A stretch of 64,000 nucleotides of DNA, taken from assembly GCF_001194135.2 (NCBI RefSeq), contig NC_068990.1, forward strand, positions 17,304,022-17,368,021, read 5' to 3'. The stretch comes from Octopus bimaculoides. Lineage: Eukaryota. This document shows, one piece after another, positions 1 to 15,200 of the stretch. Position 1 is the stretch's first letter, and each line of letters begins with the position of its first letter. Under the pieces are notes generated by a model. That model made no database searches. It was not told the origin of the DNA and saw nothing but the letters and a program-made list of their open reading frames with translations. A program made the position numbers and the translations under genes.

Positions 1-712
1 CACATATATATATATATATATATATACAGGGAGAGAGAGAGAGAGAGAGACATCGTATTTAAAAGAACCCATTTATGGACGCCGTAGTTCAGTGGTTAAA
101 TAATCAGCGAAACAATTACAAGAATCCCTTGTACAAGTTCAAGTCAATGAGAAAGACGCAATTACTGAAAGCACGATCCTCACATCAAATTACACTACTG
201 AAAATACAAAGCTTCTTACTCCTCCTCTTCATCCTTATCATTAAGTCTGGAAATGCGTTGTTTATTCTAAAAGCCTCTGTATATAAAATAAACAAACAAA
301 AAACTAATCACCTGCAAAACAGATTTTGACTTAAAACTCTTATTTCTCTAGTCATAAATAAAAAAGATATAAGACAGGTGAGTAGTGACGGGTACCTGAA
401 GTATTCTATGAAACACCAGAACTCTATTTTTCGATATTCGAATACAAGATACTCTGAGATGTTTACTGGTTTCAAGAATTATCATTTAGGTAGTTTGTGT
501 GTAGAACCAATTAGTTGTTCGTGCTAAGGTCTCCGTACGTTCTTAACGAAATTAAAAGAGCGAGTATATAAGTTGGTCAAATAACGCTTTTTACACGTTG
601 TAGTTAAGGCCTCAAGCCAACCTAGACTGACCAAACCTACGATGCAATATATATATATATATATATAATTAATATAAACAGCAGGTTGCAATGTTTCACC
701 AAAAAGGAGAAC

Positions 713-820
713 TATAATTGTCACTAAATGTGACTATGGTATTAATTAGAGCATTTTAGCTCTTATTTCTAGCAATGTAGGTGTTTCTTAACACCCTAGT
801 CACATTTAGTGACAGTTATA
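713..820. repeat. Small MITE-like inverted repeat
   Basis: tataattgtcactaaatgtgacta versus tagtcacatttagtgacagttata (24 bp, one mismatch). Confidence 0.7.
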
Positions 821-3800
821 TATTCCATGCGTGACCACTCAGTATTTTAGAGGTATGTCTATCACTACTTTACCCAATATATCCTTCCTTATTTAAATCG
901 GTGGTCGAGTGTGATTTGTAGGACATCTGATTACTATTTCTAACAAGTCGAGCGAATCCTTAAAGTGCAAATGTTAAACGTGGACATTTTTTAATACAAC
1001 TGTTAGACTAATTTGGTAACGAACAATGTATGTTGTCATACTCTACTCCACAATCACCACCAGACACTGAAAACACACGAAACAATCACCGTCCAAACAC
1101 AACCCACGTAGCGCATAGTCTGCACAACAAACAGATGAGGCATTGAAGTAACATGAGAATCAGACGAAAATCAAATTTGCTTTGCAATGTAAAATAGATG
1201 TAACATGTAAATATAATTCTACATCTTTCCAAAAAAACACAATGCTTCACGCACCTGGAACACAGAGGTGCACCTATAATAGAACAGTAGAAGATTGCAC
1301 AAAACTGTTGAAAACTATAATAGTAGTAAATAATAAATAATAGTAATAATAGTAACAACAACAATAAATATGTAGTTATTTAATTACCTTATTAGGCAAC
1401 GCTTGTTTCTGAGCTTCGCACATAGTGGTTCTAGTGTTGACAAGAGATTGACAATAGCAGCGGTGAGGGTTGGTTCTTCGTTGAAGACAATGAGACTTAT
1501 CTCCCTTGATTTCCTCAGCTACCTGTTATAACTGTAGGATTTTGTTGTGTTGACGTCTTGATTGACTTATATAGCTACTCTTTGTAGAATAAACTACAAT
1601 ACACTTGACAAAGGGCAGGATTATCTTCTTTCTGTGTTAATTTGACTAATTGTGTAATTGCCCACCTCCCACTCATATAAAAAAAAAATTGCATTTATCC
1701 GATAAGAAATAAATTCCATGAACAAAAATAGCACGTCAGATAAACGCAATGAAGTCATAAAAAGTCATGGAATCTGGACATAACAATGTCCAGTACAAAT
1801 CGAAAGGGAACCACATAGAAACGACATGCAACATTTACCAAATTTACAACCAAATGATTATTTTACATTGACGTTTATTAAACCTAGTTAATTACCGCTC
1901 TATAGTATATTTTTTAGACATAACACACCCGCACATCTTAACATTTTTGTAGACATTCGGTGTAATGTACCACACATATAACGTAAATAAATGCTTTATG
2001 AACCAATGCGGGAGCCTATAATTAACAAGACTAATTCTATAAACAATGAAACACTATACATCAGAATTTTTGTAAACACTGGGGAATTCTATCTAGTATG
2101 GGTGGACATTGGAATTAGACACTGATAGTTAGTGTAAACCTAACCCTAACCCCGTTTGCCAAAGCGCATTTTTTCCTTCATATTTATTTACATATAGTCC
2201 ATCTGGACCAATGCAAGATTTGGATTGTCCGCGTTTAGCTGTTATTTCTAGCATATCAAGTTTCGTGGTGGGGACTCCACATATGATCCTTTTTCTGTTT
2301 CAATATAAATGTAAGCCGTTCATTTTCACATCTAAGTTGCGAGAAGGCTATTCGTACGACCTGGACATGTAGAACACAATGTCAAAAATGAAAATCGCCC
2401 AAAAAAAATTAAGAAAATCACCCCCGTGTGTGGGGGGAGGGGGCTGAGTTGTCCAAAATTTTTTTAAGGGGGAATCGCATGACCGTGACATATAGAACAC
2501 ATTATCGAAAACGAAAATCGTCAAAATTAAAAAATAAAAAAGTTACAGCCATTTTCCCTCAGTGTCTAATTCCAATGTCCACCCTAGTATGTTTTTATGT
2601 GTTCCCTTCTAACTTGTAGCGGCGGTTGTTATTTACGAAAACATTCGACTTTTCGCAACTCGTTTGAAGTATTGTGATTCATAAATTTCTCCATAAGATG
2701 CACAAATTTACGAATGTGCGTTCAGTATTACTTTTTTTTTTATTATCTGAGTGGTTACGATATGGACCATTCAGTTCACTAGTGTTTCATCGTATCTTCG
2801 GGCAGAATACACATAATTCTTGATTATTAATTCTGGTTAACAACAACTAAATATACTATTTAACTATTGGTAATTGTTATTTGACCAGCTGAGGTAAACT
2901 AGTGAGCTACCAAAGGAACGTTGATGTGAATTAAACACAGGCTTCTAGATGTCCCTTGTGATAAAAATACACTAAATTTATATATCACAAATAATTTTCA
3001 TAGACGCTAAAGCACCTTTTTCCTGAAAGCTAGATGATCTTGAACCAATGAAGGCGGTTCTTCATGGTTATTCAATCTCCTCGAAATAGCGACCAAATCG
3101 CCCTTGAATTATCTTGAAAACTGGGGGATACATTGAATAAAGAAGTCCTAGATATGCAGTTCTCGAGAAAATGACATGATCGCTGTGATTAATCAAAGTT
3201 AAGCCTTTTATAGCGTAAACTCTCTATATATGCACATTCGAACATTGCAGGGACCAACTGGCATTCGGCTGCTGTTTGTGTCCTATTGTGACCACTAGGA
3301 AACCTGGCCTGAATATTGGTTACAAAGTAGACTCCACTGAAAAGCACCCATGAGCGAGGTGGTGGTGTTAAAGCAAAAAATCTGGATTAAGTCTAGGCTA
3401 CAGCAGGATTTGAACTGAGAACACAAAGAAGCAGACCAAATACAATCTGTCATCTCCTTGGGATAAGAAAGGACAAACATGACTGTGTAGTTAAGAGGTT
3501 TGCTTCAGAACCACATGGTTAAGGGTTGGGTGCCACTGCATGGATGCCTTTGGCTGTAGACATGACTTGACCAATACTTTGTGAGTGGAAACTGAAGCTA
3601 TCCATTATGTGTTTTGACCCAAAAGAATGCAGGGCGAAGTTGATCTTGTCAAGATTTGAACAACTACCATGAGGCTGTATATTCAATGCTCTAGTGACTC
3701 TCTTTGTATGATAAGTGAAATAAAACATTTCTGAGTGAGAAGTGAAACCAGATTACAGACAAGGTTAGGCGACAATCACCTACTTTATGACACATGATAT

Positions 3801-5260
3801 TTCAAACAAAAAAATTGTATAGAAATGCAACAGGTTCCATAATGTATTGTGTTGAGAACCACAACAAAAGACTTCTTCTTTGTGTCAAACTGACATAGCA
3901 GTCTCTGTGCAGAAACCCATCTGGCTAGAAGTAGCAGCAAATCTTCTTCAGCTCACACTCTCACATCTTAAAAAAAAAAAAAAGAAGAAGACCATATTGG
4001 ATAATGTAGTACAAGATATATCACAACTGGATGAGATAGTCATGGCTGGACAGCTTTTATTCAAGGGACTCCTATTTGAGTTATAAAATTGAACTAGAAG
4101 ACTCAGAATGTACAATAGCTATATGGTTCACTTAAACCAGACTGTTCAGATTTATCCATTTAGAGAAGTGAAATATATATTTGATGATGATCATAATGAT
4201 GATGATGATGATGATGGTTTGTTGGCTTTAAATAAAGCATAAGGTGAATGTTGGAGGAGATTTAGTTGCTAATTTTAGTTGATTGAGCAATGGTGGAAAG
4301 GATCACTGACTACTGTGAAGAACTGTGCTGGGTAACATTATTAAACGTAAGTAAATTGAACAACAGCAGTTGCATTGTGACCAAGTCTATCTCATCCATC
4401 TCCAGGATTTATAAACAGAGAAGGAGACTGAGTCAGGTGAGAGTGCAACATGTGCAGATTGTCAAACTGCATCTTATATGATTCATTCCTGTTTATTGGA
4501 GCATGAAGTAGGTAGGCAGCTGATCAGAGGTATAGGATATCTGGAGCAAAGCATCTGTAAACCATGCTTTATTTGACCAACAACCAACATACCATTAGTG
4601 TCATGTTTGCCTACACAGCAGCAACAACGATACTAATTGAACAAATTCATGAAAATAACTAACTATTGTTTGGATTCTCACTGTTCTACTTGTATCACAT
4701 AAATCCTTATCTATTTGGCAGACACCACCAGGCATCAGAAAATAATTTGTTTGATGATCTCTAAAAACAAGAAACTGTACTTTGTTAGATGCACCAGTCC
4801 ACAGTGGTTTGACATTGGAGTGACACAATATGGCTGTGACACCATGGGATCACAAAAACCCTTTACCCCGGAGAATGTTTTCTTGTTTTTTTTCTTTCTT
4901 ATATTCTGTCAGTTACGATGATGAGGGTTCCAATTGATTCGATCAATGGAACAGCCTTCTCCTGAAATTAATGTGCAAGTGGCCGAGCACCCCACAGACT
5001 GTGTACCTTTAATGTAGATCTCAGGGAGATTTATCATGATCCAGAATGTGACCAGGTTGGCCCTTTGAAATTCAGGTACAATTCATTTTGGCCAGCTGAG
5101 TGGACTGGAGCAAGGTGAAATGAAGTATCTTGCTCAAGGACACAACATGCCACTAGGAATTGAACTCATGACCGTATAGTTATGAGCTGAATACCCTAAC
5201 CATGAAGCCATGCACCTTCACACTGAAGAATCACGTGTTATAAACACACATCATCTAAAG

Positions 5261-5513
5261 CAGTGGTCCTCAACCATTTTTTTATATGGACCCCTTTGGT
5301 TGCTATCTTATTCTACTGGACCCTAATAAACATTCAATGTTTAAAAAAGTCCCATTATATTTTTATAATGAAATATTTATTAGGAACTGTATTAAAAAAT
5401 TGTTGAAATACTTAGAGTAGTAAAGAGGTATAAACAACTTATTGCTACTAAATTTTGGCAACAAAATCTTATGCGGACCCCAAGGGTCATATGGACCCAG
5501 TTAAGGACCATTG
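5261..5513. mobile_element. hAT/Charlie-like MITE
   Basis: CAGTGGTCCTCAAC ... GTTAAGGACCATTG TIRs with a degenerate 8-bp TSD (atctaaag / gtctgaag). Confidence 0.65.
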
Positions 5514-5649
5514 GTCTGAAGGAAGGAGATGTTGATAAAAGAAAAAAAAGACAACACTGACCAGATATTCATGTTCATATCTGCCAGAACCTAATAATGA
5601 ATGGAGATGTCATTGTGTGGATTCTTGATGTTGTACATGTACCTTAGGA

Positions 5650-5975
5650 ATTATTACCTGTTAGTGTTAATTAGTTTGTTAGACCTCTCCATGCCATGAG
5701 GTACATAAGGTTGCAACATTATGTACCTCATTATGTACCTCTCTCCAGTCAGCTCTGTTTTCTGCCACTGTTCTAGTGTCATTCCAGCTTCTCCACCTTT
5801 CTTCTCTCCTTTCCTTGTCAATTGTCCTTGACCATGTGGTTTTAGGGTGCCCTGTTCTTCTTTTCCCCACAGACTGCCATTTTAGTGCCACCATACAATT
5901 GCTCTCTTGATCTTGTCTGAGGACATGTCTGTTCCTGTTCCGGCATTTGCATGTTATTTCATGTACTTTCACTGA
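5650..5975 (-). mobile_element. RTE-clade LINE 3' fragment
   Basis: HVLRQD...ALKWQSVGKRRTGHPKTTWSRT...W...AENRADWR is the typical RTE C-terminus. Confidence 0.8.
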
Positions 5976-8900
5976 AAATGTAGCCTGCTAGAAATAAATC
6001 CCTGACATCCCTCACTCGCTTACAAAAAGAAGGACAGATTATATAATGTCGTCCAAAGAAAAAAAAAAAAACAATGGCTGGAACTCTTTTTGTCCTAGGA
6101 TTGTTAGTTCAGATCTGACTTGGAACTAAACAACAACAACTATAACTACTACTACTACTGCTGCTGCTGCTACTTGTTACTATTTTTTCACTTACCATTA
6201 CTTATTTTTAAAATGCAGATGTCAAAAATCAGGTTTTAACTTGGAATGAGACACACCATATTTATCTTAGCATTTCCAGGTTTACTTGTACTCTGTACTC
6301 TAGAATTCAATGCACACATTCTTTTTCTTTCTTTCCTTCCTTTCTCTGTTTTCAGTCACTGATAAAAAAAAAACTTGTACCTCATAATTTTTTTATTCCT
6401 AGAATATTAAACATTAGAATGAATTTCTAGCAAAACAGCAGGACATATGAGAAGGCATCCTTATTAGGATGTCAGATAAGCATTTTCTAAAATATCAATA
6501 TTTTGGTAAATATCTCAATGGAACCACATAGAATATAACTAGCCTGCAACTACAAATGTACCTTCTCTTCATTCTTTCTTCATTTATTATTACAAGGCTT
6601 CTGTTCCTTGAAAATGAATGATACTTTTAATTTTTCAACAGCCATATCGTGTCCATCCTCCAGGTCCAACACAAACCACTTTATCCTAGTCCTTCCTCCC
6701 CAGAATGTTATCCTTCTGTAATTTTCATCTTTCTCATGTGTTTCATATGGCCATCTTCTTGCAGTTGTTCAAACCATCAAACATCAAACATCTTCAGTCT
6801 CAGAGAGACTCTGAGGGCCATTATTGGAACACACCCTTCTTCAACACCAAACCATTACAAAATAAATAAATATACTTACATACAATTATATTTAACATGT
6901 TTGCATATATTCAAACATGTTAGATATGATTGTACATAACTATATGGCATTCAATGCTGCTTATGGTTTGTCCACATTACTTTGTAAGGAGCATAGGACT
7001 GATTTCCAAGTTTCTTTGGCATATATATTCTGCCACCTGTTGCAAGATTACTAATTTTTATCAGCTGAGTGGACTGGAGCAACATGAAATGTTGCTTAGT
7101 GCATCTTTAATTAATTCCAACTTGACGAAGTTTTTTGCACTTAAATGCACTAAATGTACCATTTGTTATTCTAATATAAGAGCAACCAATTCTTATAACC
7201 ATGAACAACAGCTTGGTGTAGTATAAAGTTGATGAAATGTACCAAAACAGAAATGCATGTGTCCTACAATCCTGCAATGTCATTCATGACCTAGTGGTGT
7301 GTTGACACTCATCTTGTCGATAAGGAGAATTTCTTCTTTCAAGACAACTTGTGCAGCATATTATCTTTCCATGTCCAAATGTGAACAAATATGTTAAATG
7401 CTTGATTGTACATAATTATATTTCATTCAGTGTTGCTTGGTGTGCACCTAATTAATTGAAAAAAACATGGGAATGCTTGAAGCCTTCCTGAAATCTCTTA
7501 AAATCTTACAACATGGAAACATGCATCATTGAATCCTGAAATATAAGAGCATGGAAGTATAGGCTGACATATTCTCTTTGATTGCAAGTCAGTCAGTTCA
7601 TAAAGAATTCATTTGCCAAACTTAGGCAACATTCTTAGTTTTTATTAACAGCAATGGATGGTAGATGATGATGCATTAAAATCTTGTATGGAATCTTCAA
7701 CAGCTGCAATGACATTTTTCGTAAGTACTGATGTTAGTTCTTCATCATAAGAGAAGGTTGCTTTCCATATCTTGAAATTTTTGGAAGTGTTGTTGGTTCC
7801 AAAACTTACATTGAAACAAGCATCATGGAATCACTGGCTTGAAATACTTATTGGAAACAACTATCATGGAATCCTGAAATAAAAGAGCCTGGAATGCACT
7901 GTTGAGAGTTTGCTGTTTTGTCACTGGCACTTCACTGTGTCCTTGGTCAAAACACTTAACTTTCATAGTTGTGATGGTTCCTTGAAGTAATAACTATTAT
8001 AGACTTTCTGGAATGGTGATACCATTAAAACAATGAACCTTTCTTTGCTTGGAAGTGTTAAAGAAATGTAGAAAAGATGTGTTTAAATAAAATGATACAA
8101 ATCTGAGAAATATAATTAAAAACATATTTTGGTGTAACCTGATTGCATACAATATTTTACTGAGACACCTGTCTTTGTTGCTTTATCATATTTCAACCTC
8201 TCAACACCTGGTATAAAGCCATCTCATTCTCTTCAGCACCCTCATTCAGAAAAGGACATTTTTGTCTTGTTGGTTACTTGATGACTTCACTGGTACAGGT
8301 GTTACAAAAAAACACCCAGTACACTCAGTAAAATAGTTGAGGTTAAGAAGGGCACCCAGTTGTAGAGACAAGGCCAAAGCAAACATTGGAACCTGATGCA
8401 GTGCTCCAGCTTGTTGGATCCTGTGAAACCAGCCAATCCATGCCAACATGGAAGACAGACATTAAACAATGATGATTCTAGAATCCATTATACCAAGCTG
8501 GTATGGGTTAGACAAGGACACATTAGAGCAAATTGTCATTCATCTCAGTTTTTATAGTTGCTTATCTCCAAAGTTCACTATTTAAAGATTTCACTTCTTT
8601 TTCTTCTGTTTGTATTTATATTGACACCACTTTCATCCAGTTCTCTCATCATGTCTCTACCAAGCCATTTGTCTTTCCTTCATATGTCTCTTGGTACTTT
8701 TAATGCTTCACTATTCTCTTAGCTCTCCTGTTCCTGTCTGCATTTCAGCAGCACATCCACCTCCTGGTCGTTTTGGCCTGCACAGTTTTTCCGAGTGTAC
8801 TCCTTGCTGAGTGTCCAAGGCAGCTGGTGCATTCACTGAAAAAATTTGAGTGCTCAGAATGTCTTTGATTATGGATCTGCTAAATGACTTCATATTATCT

Positions 8901-9200
8901 CCCATTGGCTCATTGGCAAGATTTTAAAAAATCTTTTGATACCTTAATGAGTAGCAGCACCTGTTTCTTATTTGTTTCAGTCATTGGACTGCGACCAAGC
9001 TGGGGCACTGCCTTGAAGGCTTTTAAGTCAAGCAGATTGATCCCAGTACTTATTTTTAAGACTGATACTTATTCTATCAATCCCTATAGCTGAATTGCTG
9101 AGTCACAGGGACGTAAACAAACCAACACCGATTTTTATGCAATGGTGGGAGGGGACAGTAGAGACAAACACACACACATTCATATATGTGTGTGTGTGTA

Positions 9201-9240
<40 letters not shown>

Positions 9241-11589
9241 CACACATGTGTGTGTGTATACACACACGTACACAATGGGTTTCCACATAGTTTGTCTATC
9301 AAATCTACCCACAAAGCATTGGTTGGCCCGGGGCAGGAGACACTTGTCCAGAGTGCCTTGTAGTAGGACTGAACCTGAAACAACAGGGTTACAAAGGAAG
9401 CTTCTTAACCACACATCCATGCCTGCACCTAGACTTACTAAACTTAGCTCACAACCACCTCCAGCCCTAATTAGCTCATCTGGATAACAAACTGTATCTC
9501 CTACATCAACTAAGACGCCTGTGTCATATATGAAGTGCATTTCATAGTCCCACCTTTGTTGACAACTATTTCACTTACTCAGACCTGTCCAAGGCCCTGG
9601 GACTCAGAAGGCCACAATATAATCCAGTTTGCATGGCTGATATTACAATACACCCTTGGAGCAGGACACCAGTCCATTGCAGGATTAATTTCCTGACTAT
9701 TGCTGGAACTCATTTAAATAGACATGAGCACAGGAATGGAATATGCCTGGTGGGCACAAACCCAGGTCCAACAGAGGATGCTCAAAACGTTTTCATTGCA
9801 CCTCCCAAAATTTTAAAGGGTGCACTTGCACCCACTGCACCCCGTTTCCAAGCCTATGTAAATGGGTAGCCTGCGATGGGTGACCCATTTACAGCTGAGT
9901 GGGCTGCAGCAATGTGAAACAAAATGTTTTGCTCAAGAACACAATACATCCAAGTATCAGAACCATGATTGTATAATCACGAATGCATCACCCTCAACTC
10001 TAAACCATTTGCCTTCCCCTGTACAACTATATTCCGTGTATGATAAGCTCTAAACATCCTGATATCTTGGAAATTTGTTAGTTTTCCAGTGATTCCACTG
10101 TGCTTCATTTACAACCATTATTTGCACCAAGAACACAATATTGAATTTCTTCCTATGTTTTTCCTACATATTGAGTAAAGTCAAATTCCAAATAGTATTG
10201 ATCTATAGATCTTTGGTCCTTTGTCTCTCAGACCATTCTTCCTAGTTTGGAACTAACTCTGCAGCTCTTTGACAGGTTCTGTTTCTTTTTTTTTTTTGTC
10301 TTTGTTGGTAGTGGTTCTTCACGTAACTAATGTTTTACCATTTTCTTTTTGACAGTTACCATCGTGATTTAAATTAATGTCCAATACTTATTTGCTGTTG
10401 AAACATTTATCAAGACTGCAGCGCCCTCTATAAAACTTCCAAACACAAGAATTCTGGAACTCCAGCATAGCTGTCCCAGCAATTAGGATTTATAAAAATA
10501 TGCTGAGGTAGAGCCTTTATAAACCCCTGTTTTTATACCAGAAAAAAAAAATGATACTCCATCAGTTACAATGACGAGGTTCCAGCTGATCCAATCAACA
10601 AAACAACCTTCTCATGAAATTAACATGCAAGTTGGTGGAGTATTCCACAGACACATGTACCCTTAAAATAATTCTCAGGGAGATTCAACATGACACAGAA
10701 TGTGACAAGGCTGGCCCCCTTTGAATTACAGGTACAACACATTTTTGCCAGCTGAGTGGACTCAAACCATGTGAAATAAAGTGTCTTGCTCATGTACATA
10801 ATATGCAACCATTTTATATCAAATTCTCCATTGAACATCCTGACATTCAGGGTCCACTCATTTGAAGCTGACCTGGGCTAAACAACAACAACATCCAAAG
10901 AAGTATATATTAGATTAGCAATCTATGTATCATACTTAGTGCCACTACATCATGGTTGGTCAAACTAAAAGTGGCATTTGTCTGAAAATAATGTCTTTTA
11001 TGGACATCCTGTATTAAATAACACAAAAATATATGCTGCAGGTAATTTGGCTTTCCACGATGTATTTGCATTAAGTATGATACACATATGGCTTATTTAA
11101 TCTAATACAGCTTCTGCTGCACATAATGAAATATAAATTAAATACATTAAAAAAGGAAAAGAAAGAATAAATACCAAAAGTTTTGAAAAATGTATTTATA
11201 CAAAAATAAAACAAGAAAATTTAAGCTTATTTTTGTTTTAATTACAAAAATAATGGTTTTCCTTTTGTTTAAAAAAAAAAAAAAAGAAATATAAAAAAAT
11301 TGACATAAAAGAGGCCTAGAGTTATGCTTTAAAATTTTTTTTGTACTTAAACTGCACACTAATAAGGAGGTGGAGAAAAAAAAACAAAAGGAAAAATCTT
11401 TGAGTGAAGTTGGTATCTTCACATTCTTATTGGCATTGACTAAAGAACATTTGTTCTGTTTTTATTTAAATGAAGGCAAAGAGATTTGGGCAGAAATATT
11501 TATGGTGAAAAGCATTCTAGATTCTCAAAGGGTGGTTAATGAAATAAATAAAAATATTAATAATAATAATAATAATAATAATAATTTTT

Positions 11590-12243
11590 TTCTACTATTA
11601 GCACATGGCCTGAAATTTAGTGGGTGGGGATAAGTCAGGTACATCGGTTCCAGTACTCAGCTGGTATTTATTTCATCGAATTCAGAATATAAAGCTAGAA
11701 GAAATGTTGCTAAGTATTCTGTCCAGTGTACAAATGACTCTGACAGCTCACTGCTTGATGATGATGATGATGATAATAATAATAATCATCATCATTCTTT
11801 CTAATTTTTGGCATCAGGTCAGTAATTTTGAAGAGATAGAGAAGTTAATTATATTGCCTCTGTAGTTCAACTGGTACCTTTTTTTTTTTTATCGAACTTG
11901 AAAAGATGAAAGGCAAAGTTGACCTCAGTGGAATTTGAACTCAAAACATAAAGAGTCAAAAGAAATGCTGCTGAGTATTTTGTCTATCATGTTAATGATT
12001 CTGCCAGCTTGCTGCCTTAATAATAATAATAATCCTTTCTACTATAGGCACAAGGCCTGAAATTTGGGGGACGGGGGCCAGTTGATTAGATCGATCCCAG
12101 TACACAACTGGTTCTTAATTTATCAACCCCAAAAGGATGAAATGAAAAGTCAACCTTGGCAGAATTTGATCTCAGAACGTAAAGACAGACAAAATACTGC
12201 TAAGCATTTCGCCCAGCATGTTAACGATTCTGCCAGCTCGCCA
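11590..12243 (-). mobile_element. Three head-to-tail copies of an (ATT)n-tailed tRNA-derived SINE; two more copies at about 15905-16270
   Basis: Repeated head GGCGAGCTGGCAGAATCG...GTTCAAATTCC (A/B boxes), body GAAAGGCAAAGTCAACC (plus strand) and tail GCCTATAGTAGAAAGG-ATT(n). Confidence 0.75.
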
Positions 12244-12244
12244 C

Positions 12245-15200
12245 CCAGCAGCCCAGCAGAGCTTGCTCTGTGAGGAGGGTGTATGATTCTTGCTATTTTG
12301 ACACCGTATAGGAAGAAAAACAACACCTGTATAAAGGCTAATGAACTCTTATGAGGCAACAGCCACCAAAATAGTGTATACCTAAGAGGCAGAAGCAATC
12401 ATGACTCTTGAACATTCCTTGGCGGAGATGGAAACTCCAAAAAGTAAACCAGGATTACAGGAATCCTGTATCCTAGGGTGGAGATCCTGTCAGTTATGGT
12501 GTCACGGGGAAAAAAAATTACTGGTGGTTGTGCAATCTAAAATTCACTAACCCTCATCATGAGTGCTGAAATGTCAAATAAAAATAGAAATGAGAACAGC
12601 GTGAATGTGGCTGAAATGACTTGTGAAGGTCTCTTGTTCAGTGGGTGCCCCAAGGGTGAGCAACATGGGCCCAGTTATCATCAAGCAACTGCTAAAAGAA
12701 GGTGGATGAAAGAAATGAATGTGGCTGTAATGGAGTGCTTCTTTGTAGGTAATCCGAGAAATGACAATGAAGTACCCACTAGGGGATATAAGAAAAGGAT
12801 GCACAGGGCATGGAGCTACAGAGGCCTATTTGAATTAAGTGAACAAAATTTGTGTGACCAAGCTAGAGCCATCAGAAAGAATGAATGGTTATCTCCAGTT
12901 GAACAAGAAAGCATTAAGAAATGGGTGTTTAGGGATAGTAAGACCAACGGTGAATGGAAGGATGAGGAAGAAAATGCAGATAGTGAAACTATAGCAGTAA
13001 AGTTAAAGGAAGAAAACGAGCATGAGGCTGAGATTATTGATCAGGAAAGCGATGAGAGAATCGAGGAACAGATATCCATTTTAAATGAAATCATTGATAT
13101 TTGGACCTCTGGTGAACAGAGCTTTCATATGAGGTTTAAAAAAATAGACAGAAAGAAGTTAGGTTTGAAAGCCAAAGGTAAATGTCAACATAACCTGAAG
13201 GAGCCACAGTGGAAAAGGAGAATAATGCAGTCTATTAACAAGACCAGAAAACATTAATATTCTGGAACAGAAAAAAAGAAATGAAGCTCAGTGAGAGAAA
13301 TATGTTGAGCTAGAGAGGAAATATAGGATGAAGAATGAGGGAATCAATGTTGTGATTAAAGAATTAAAAAAGAGGTTGAAAGCTAAAGCACATAAAGAGA
13401 TATGAACAGAGAATTGAGCAATACAGATTAAACAGACTTTTCGAACAAAATCAGAAACGAGTCTATCAGGAGCTGAATGTGAAAGAAAATGGTGAAAAAG
13501 CCATGTCAGATGCTGAAGAAAGCAAAAGATTCTGGGCAAACATATGGTCTCAAGAGAAACAACATGAAACTGAAGCAGAGTGGTTAAAGGCACTCAAAGA
13601 GAAGAGTGGAGAGTATCAGCAGGAGGATTTGAGAATAACTGAGGAGATGATTAGAGAATAGTGCAGGAGAATTCCTAACTGGAAAGCACCTGGCCCAGAG
13701 AGGGTTCAGGGCTTTTGGCTTAAAAACTTGACAGCTCTGCACAGGAGAATTGCGAGACAGCTGGACGAAATACTGAGCAGTGACATCCAAGTACCGGCCT
13801 AGATGACAAAAGGAAGAACAGTACTATGCCAGAAGGACCCAAAAGGGAATGCAGTTGGAAATTTCTGACCAATATCTTGTTTGCCACTGATGTGGAAACT
13901 GATGACAGCCATCATATTGAACAGCATCTATAAGTACCTAGATGAGAACGACCTACTACCAGTGGAACAAAAGGGGTGTAGATGTAAGAACAGAGGAATG
14001 AAGGATCAATTACAAATCGATAAGACTATCCTGGCTGACTGCAAGAAGGGACACAAAAATTTGGCAATGGCATGGGTGGACTACAGGAAAGCTTATGACA
14101 TGGTCCCAATACTTGTGGATTATTGAATGCCTTAATCTGTTTAAGGTCTCCCACAATATCCTGAAGTTAATACAAAACTCAATGGTAACGTGGCGAACTG
14201 AACTCACAGCATGGGGAGATAAGCTGAGAGAGGTAAATATCAAAAGAGGAATCTTTCAGGGGGACAGTCTGTTGCCTCTCCTATTTGTTGTCTGCATACT
14301 GCCACTAACCAGTGTTTTAATAAAGATGCGTGTGGGGTACATGCTAGGCAGGGTGAAAGTAAACAACCAGTGGTTTATGGATTACCTAAATCTATTTGCT
14401 AAGATTGAGAAAAAAATTGAGAGTTTAGTGGCAACTGTGCAGATGATTAGCAAAAATATTGGCATAGAATTTGGGATTGAGAAATGTGGTGTAATGATTC
14501 TCAAAAGGGGGAAAATCAGTAAAAGCCATGGGATCAAGCTGGAAAGTGGTGAAACTATAAAGAAAGTCAGAGAGGAAGCATATAAGTACCTGGATATCAT
14601 TGAAAGAGATAAGATGATTGAACACAAGATGAAAGAAATGTACAGGAAAGAGTATTTGAGGAGAACTCAGCTTGTGCTCCAATCAAAGCTAAATGGTCAC
14701 TATAAGATTAGAGCAATTAACACATGGGTGGTTGCTTTGATGAGATATGGGGCAGGAATAGTATCTCAGAAGAAGCATGAATTACAAGAGATAGACCGGA
14801 GAACACGTAAATTAATGATAATGAACAAGGAACTACACCCCAAGAGTGATGTGTCACGATTGCATATAAAAAGGGATGAAGGAGGACGGGGATTGGTGTG
14901 TTGTGAAGGTTGTGTAAGGGAAGAGGAGAATAACCTGGTTTGGTATGTCAAGGGGGGGAAAGAAGAAATGATTGAAGCAGTGAAAATGCAGGGAACCTTA
15001 AAAGTGAACAAAGCCGTAGATCTAGCACTATTTAAGAAAGACCCGAGAGAGCAGATGAAGAAAATTTGGCAGGACAAGAAAATGCACAGTCAGTTCTTGA
15101 AGAATAAAGATGAGATTGATTGGAATAGAACCTGGCAATGGCTGCAGAAACGAGACTTAAAAGGGCCCACTGAGGTATTAGTGTGCATCGCTTGAGAACA

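Noticed and set aside
1086-1364. Cys-rich hydrophobic ORF as a possible first exon of a neighbouring gene
   Set aside because: The start is a low-complexity tract, no family motif is recognisable and no downstream exon could be linked.
2140-2153. TAACCCTAACCC telomere-like motif
   Set aside because: Only two units; common in MITE/Helitron interiors.
4715-4921. ORF weakly reminiscent of a Crypton/tyrosine-recombinase segment
   Set aside because: The similarity is too vague, with no catalytic motif and stops in neighbouring frames.
7500-7900. Three loosely repeated motifs around CAT(G/T)GAATCC(TGAAAT)
   Set aside because: Too degenerate and irregular to call an array; probably an old repeat remnant.
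9077-9540. Overlapping ORFs with YIYIYI/CVCV/THTH runs (also at 24956, 26403, 47921, 61364, 63030 and elsewhere)
   Set aside because: Translations of (TA)n/(CA)n microsatellites inside SINEs.
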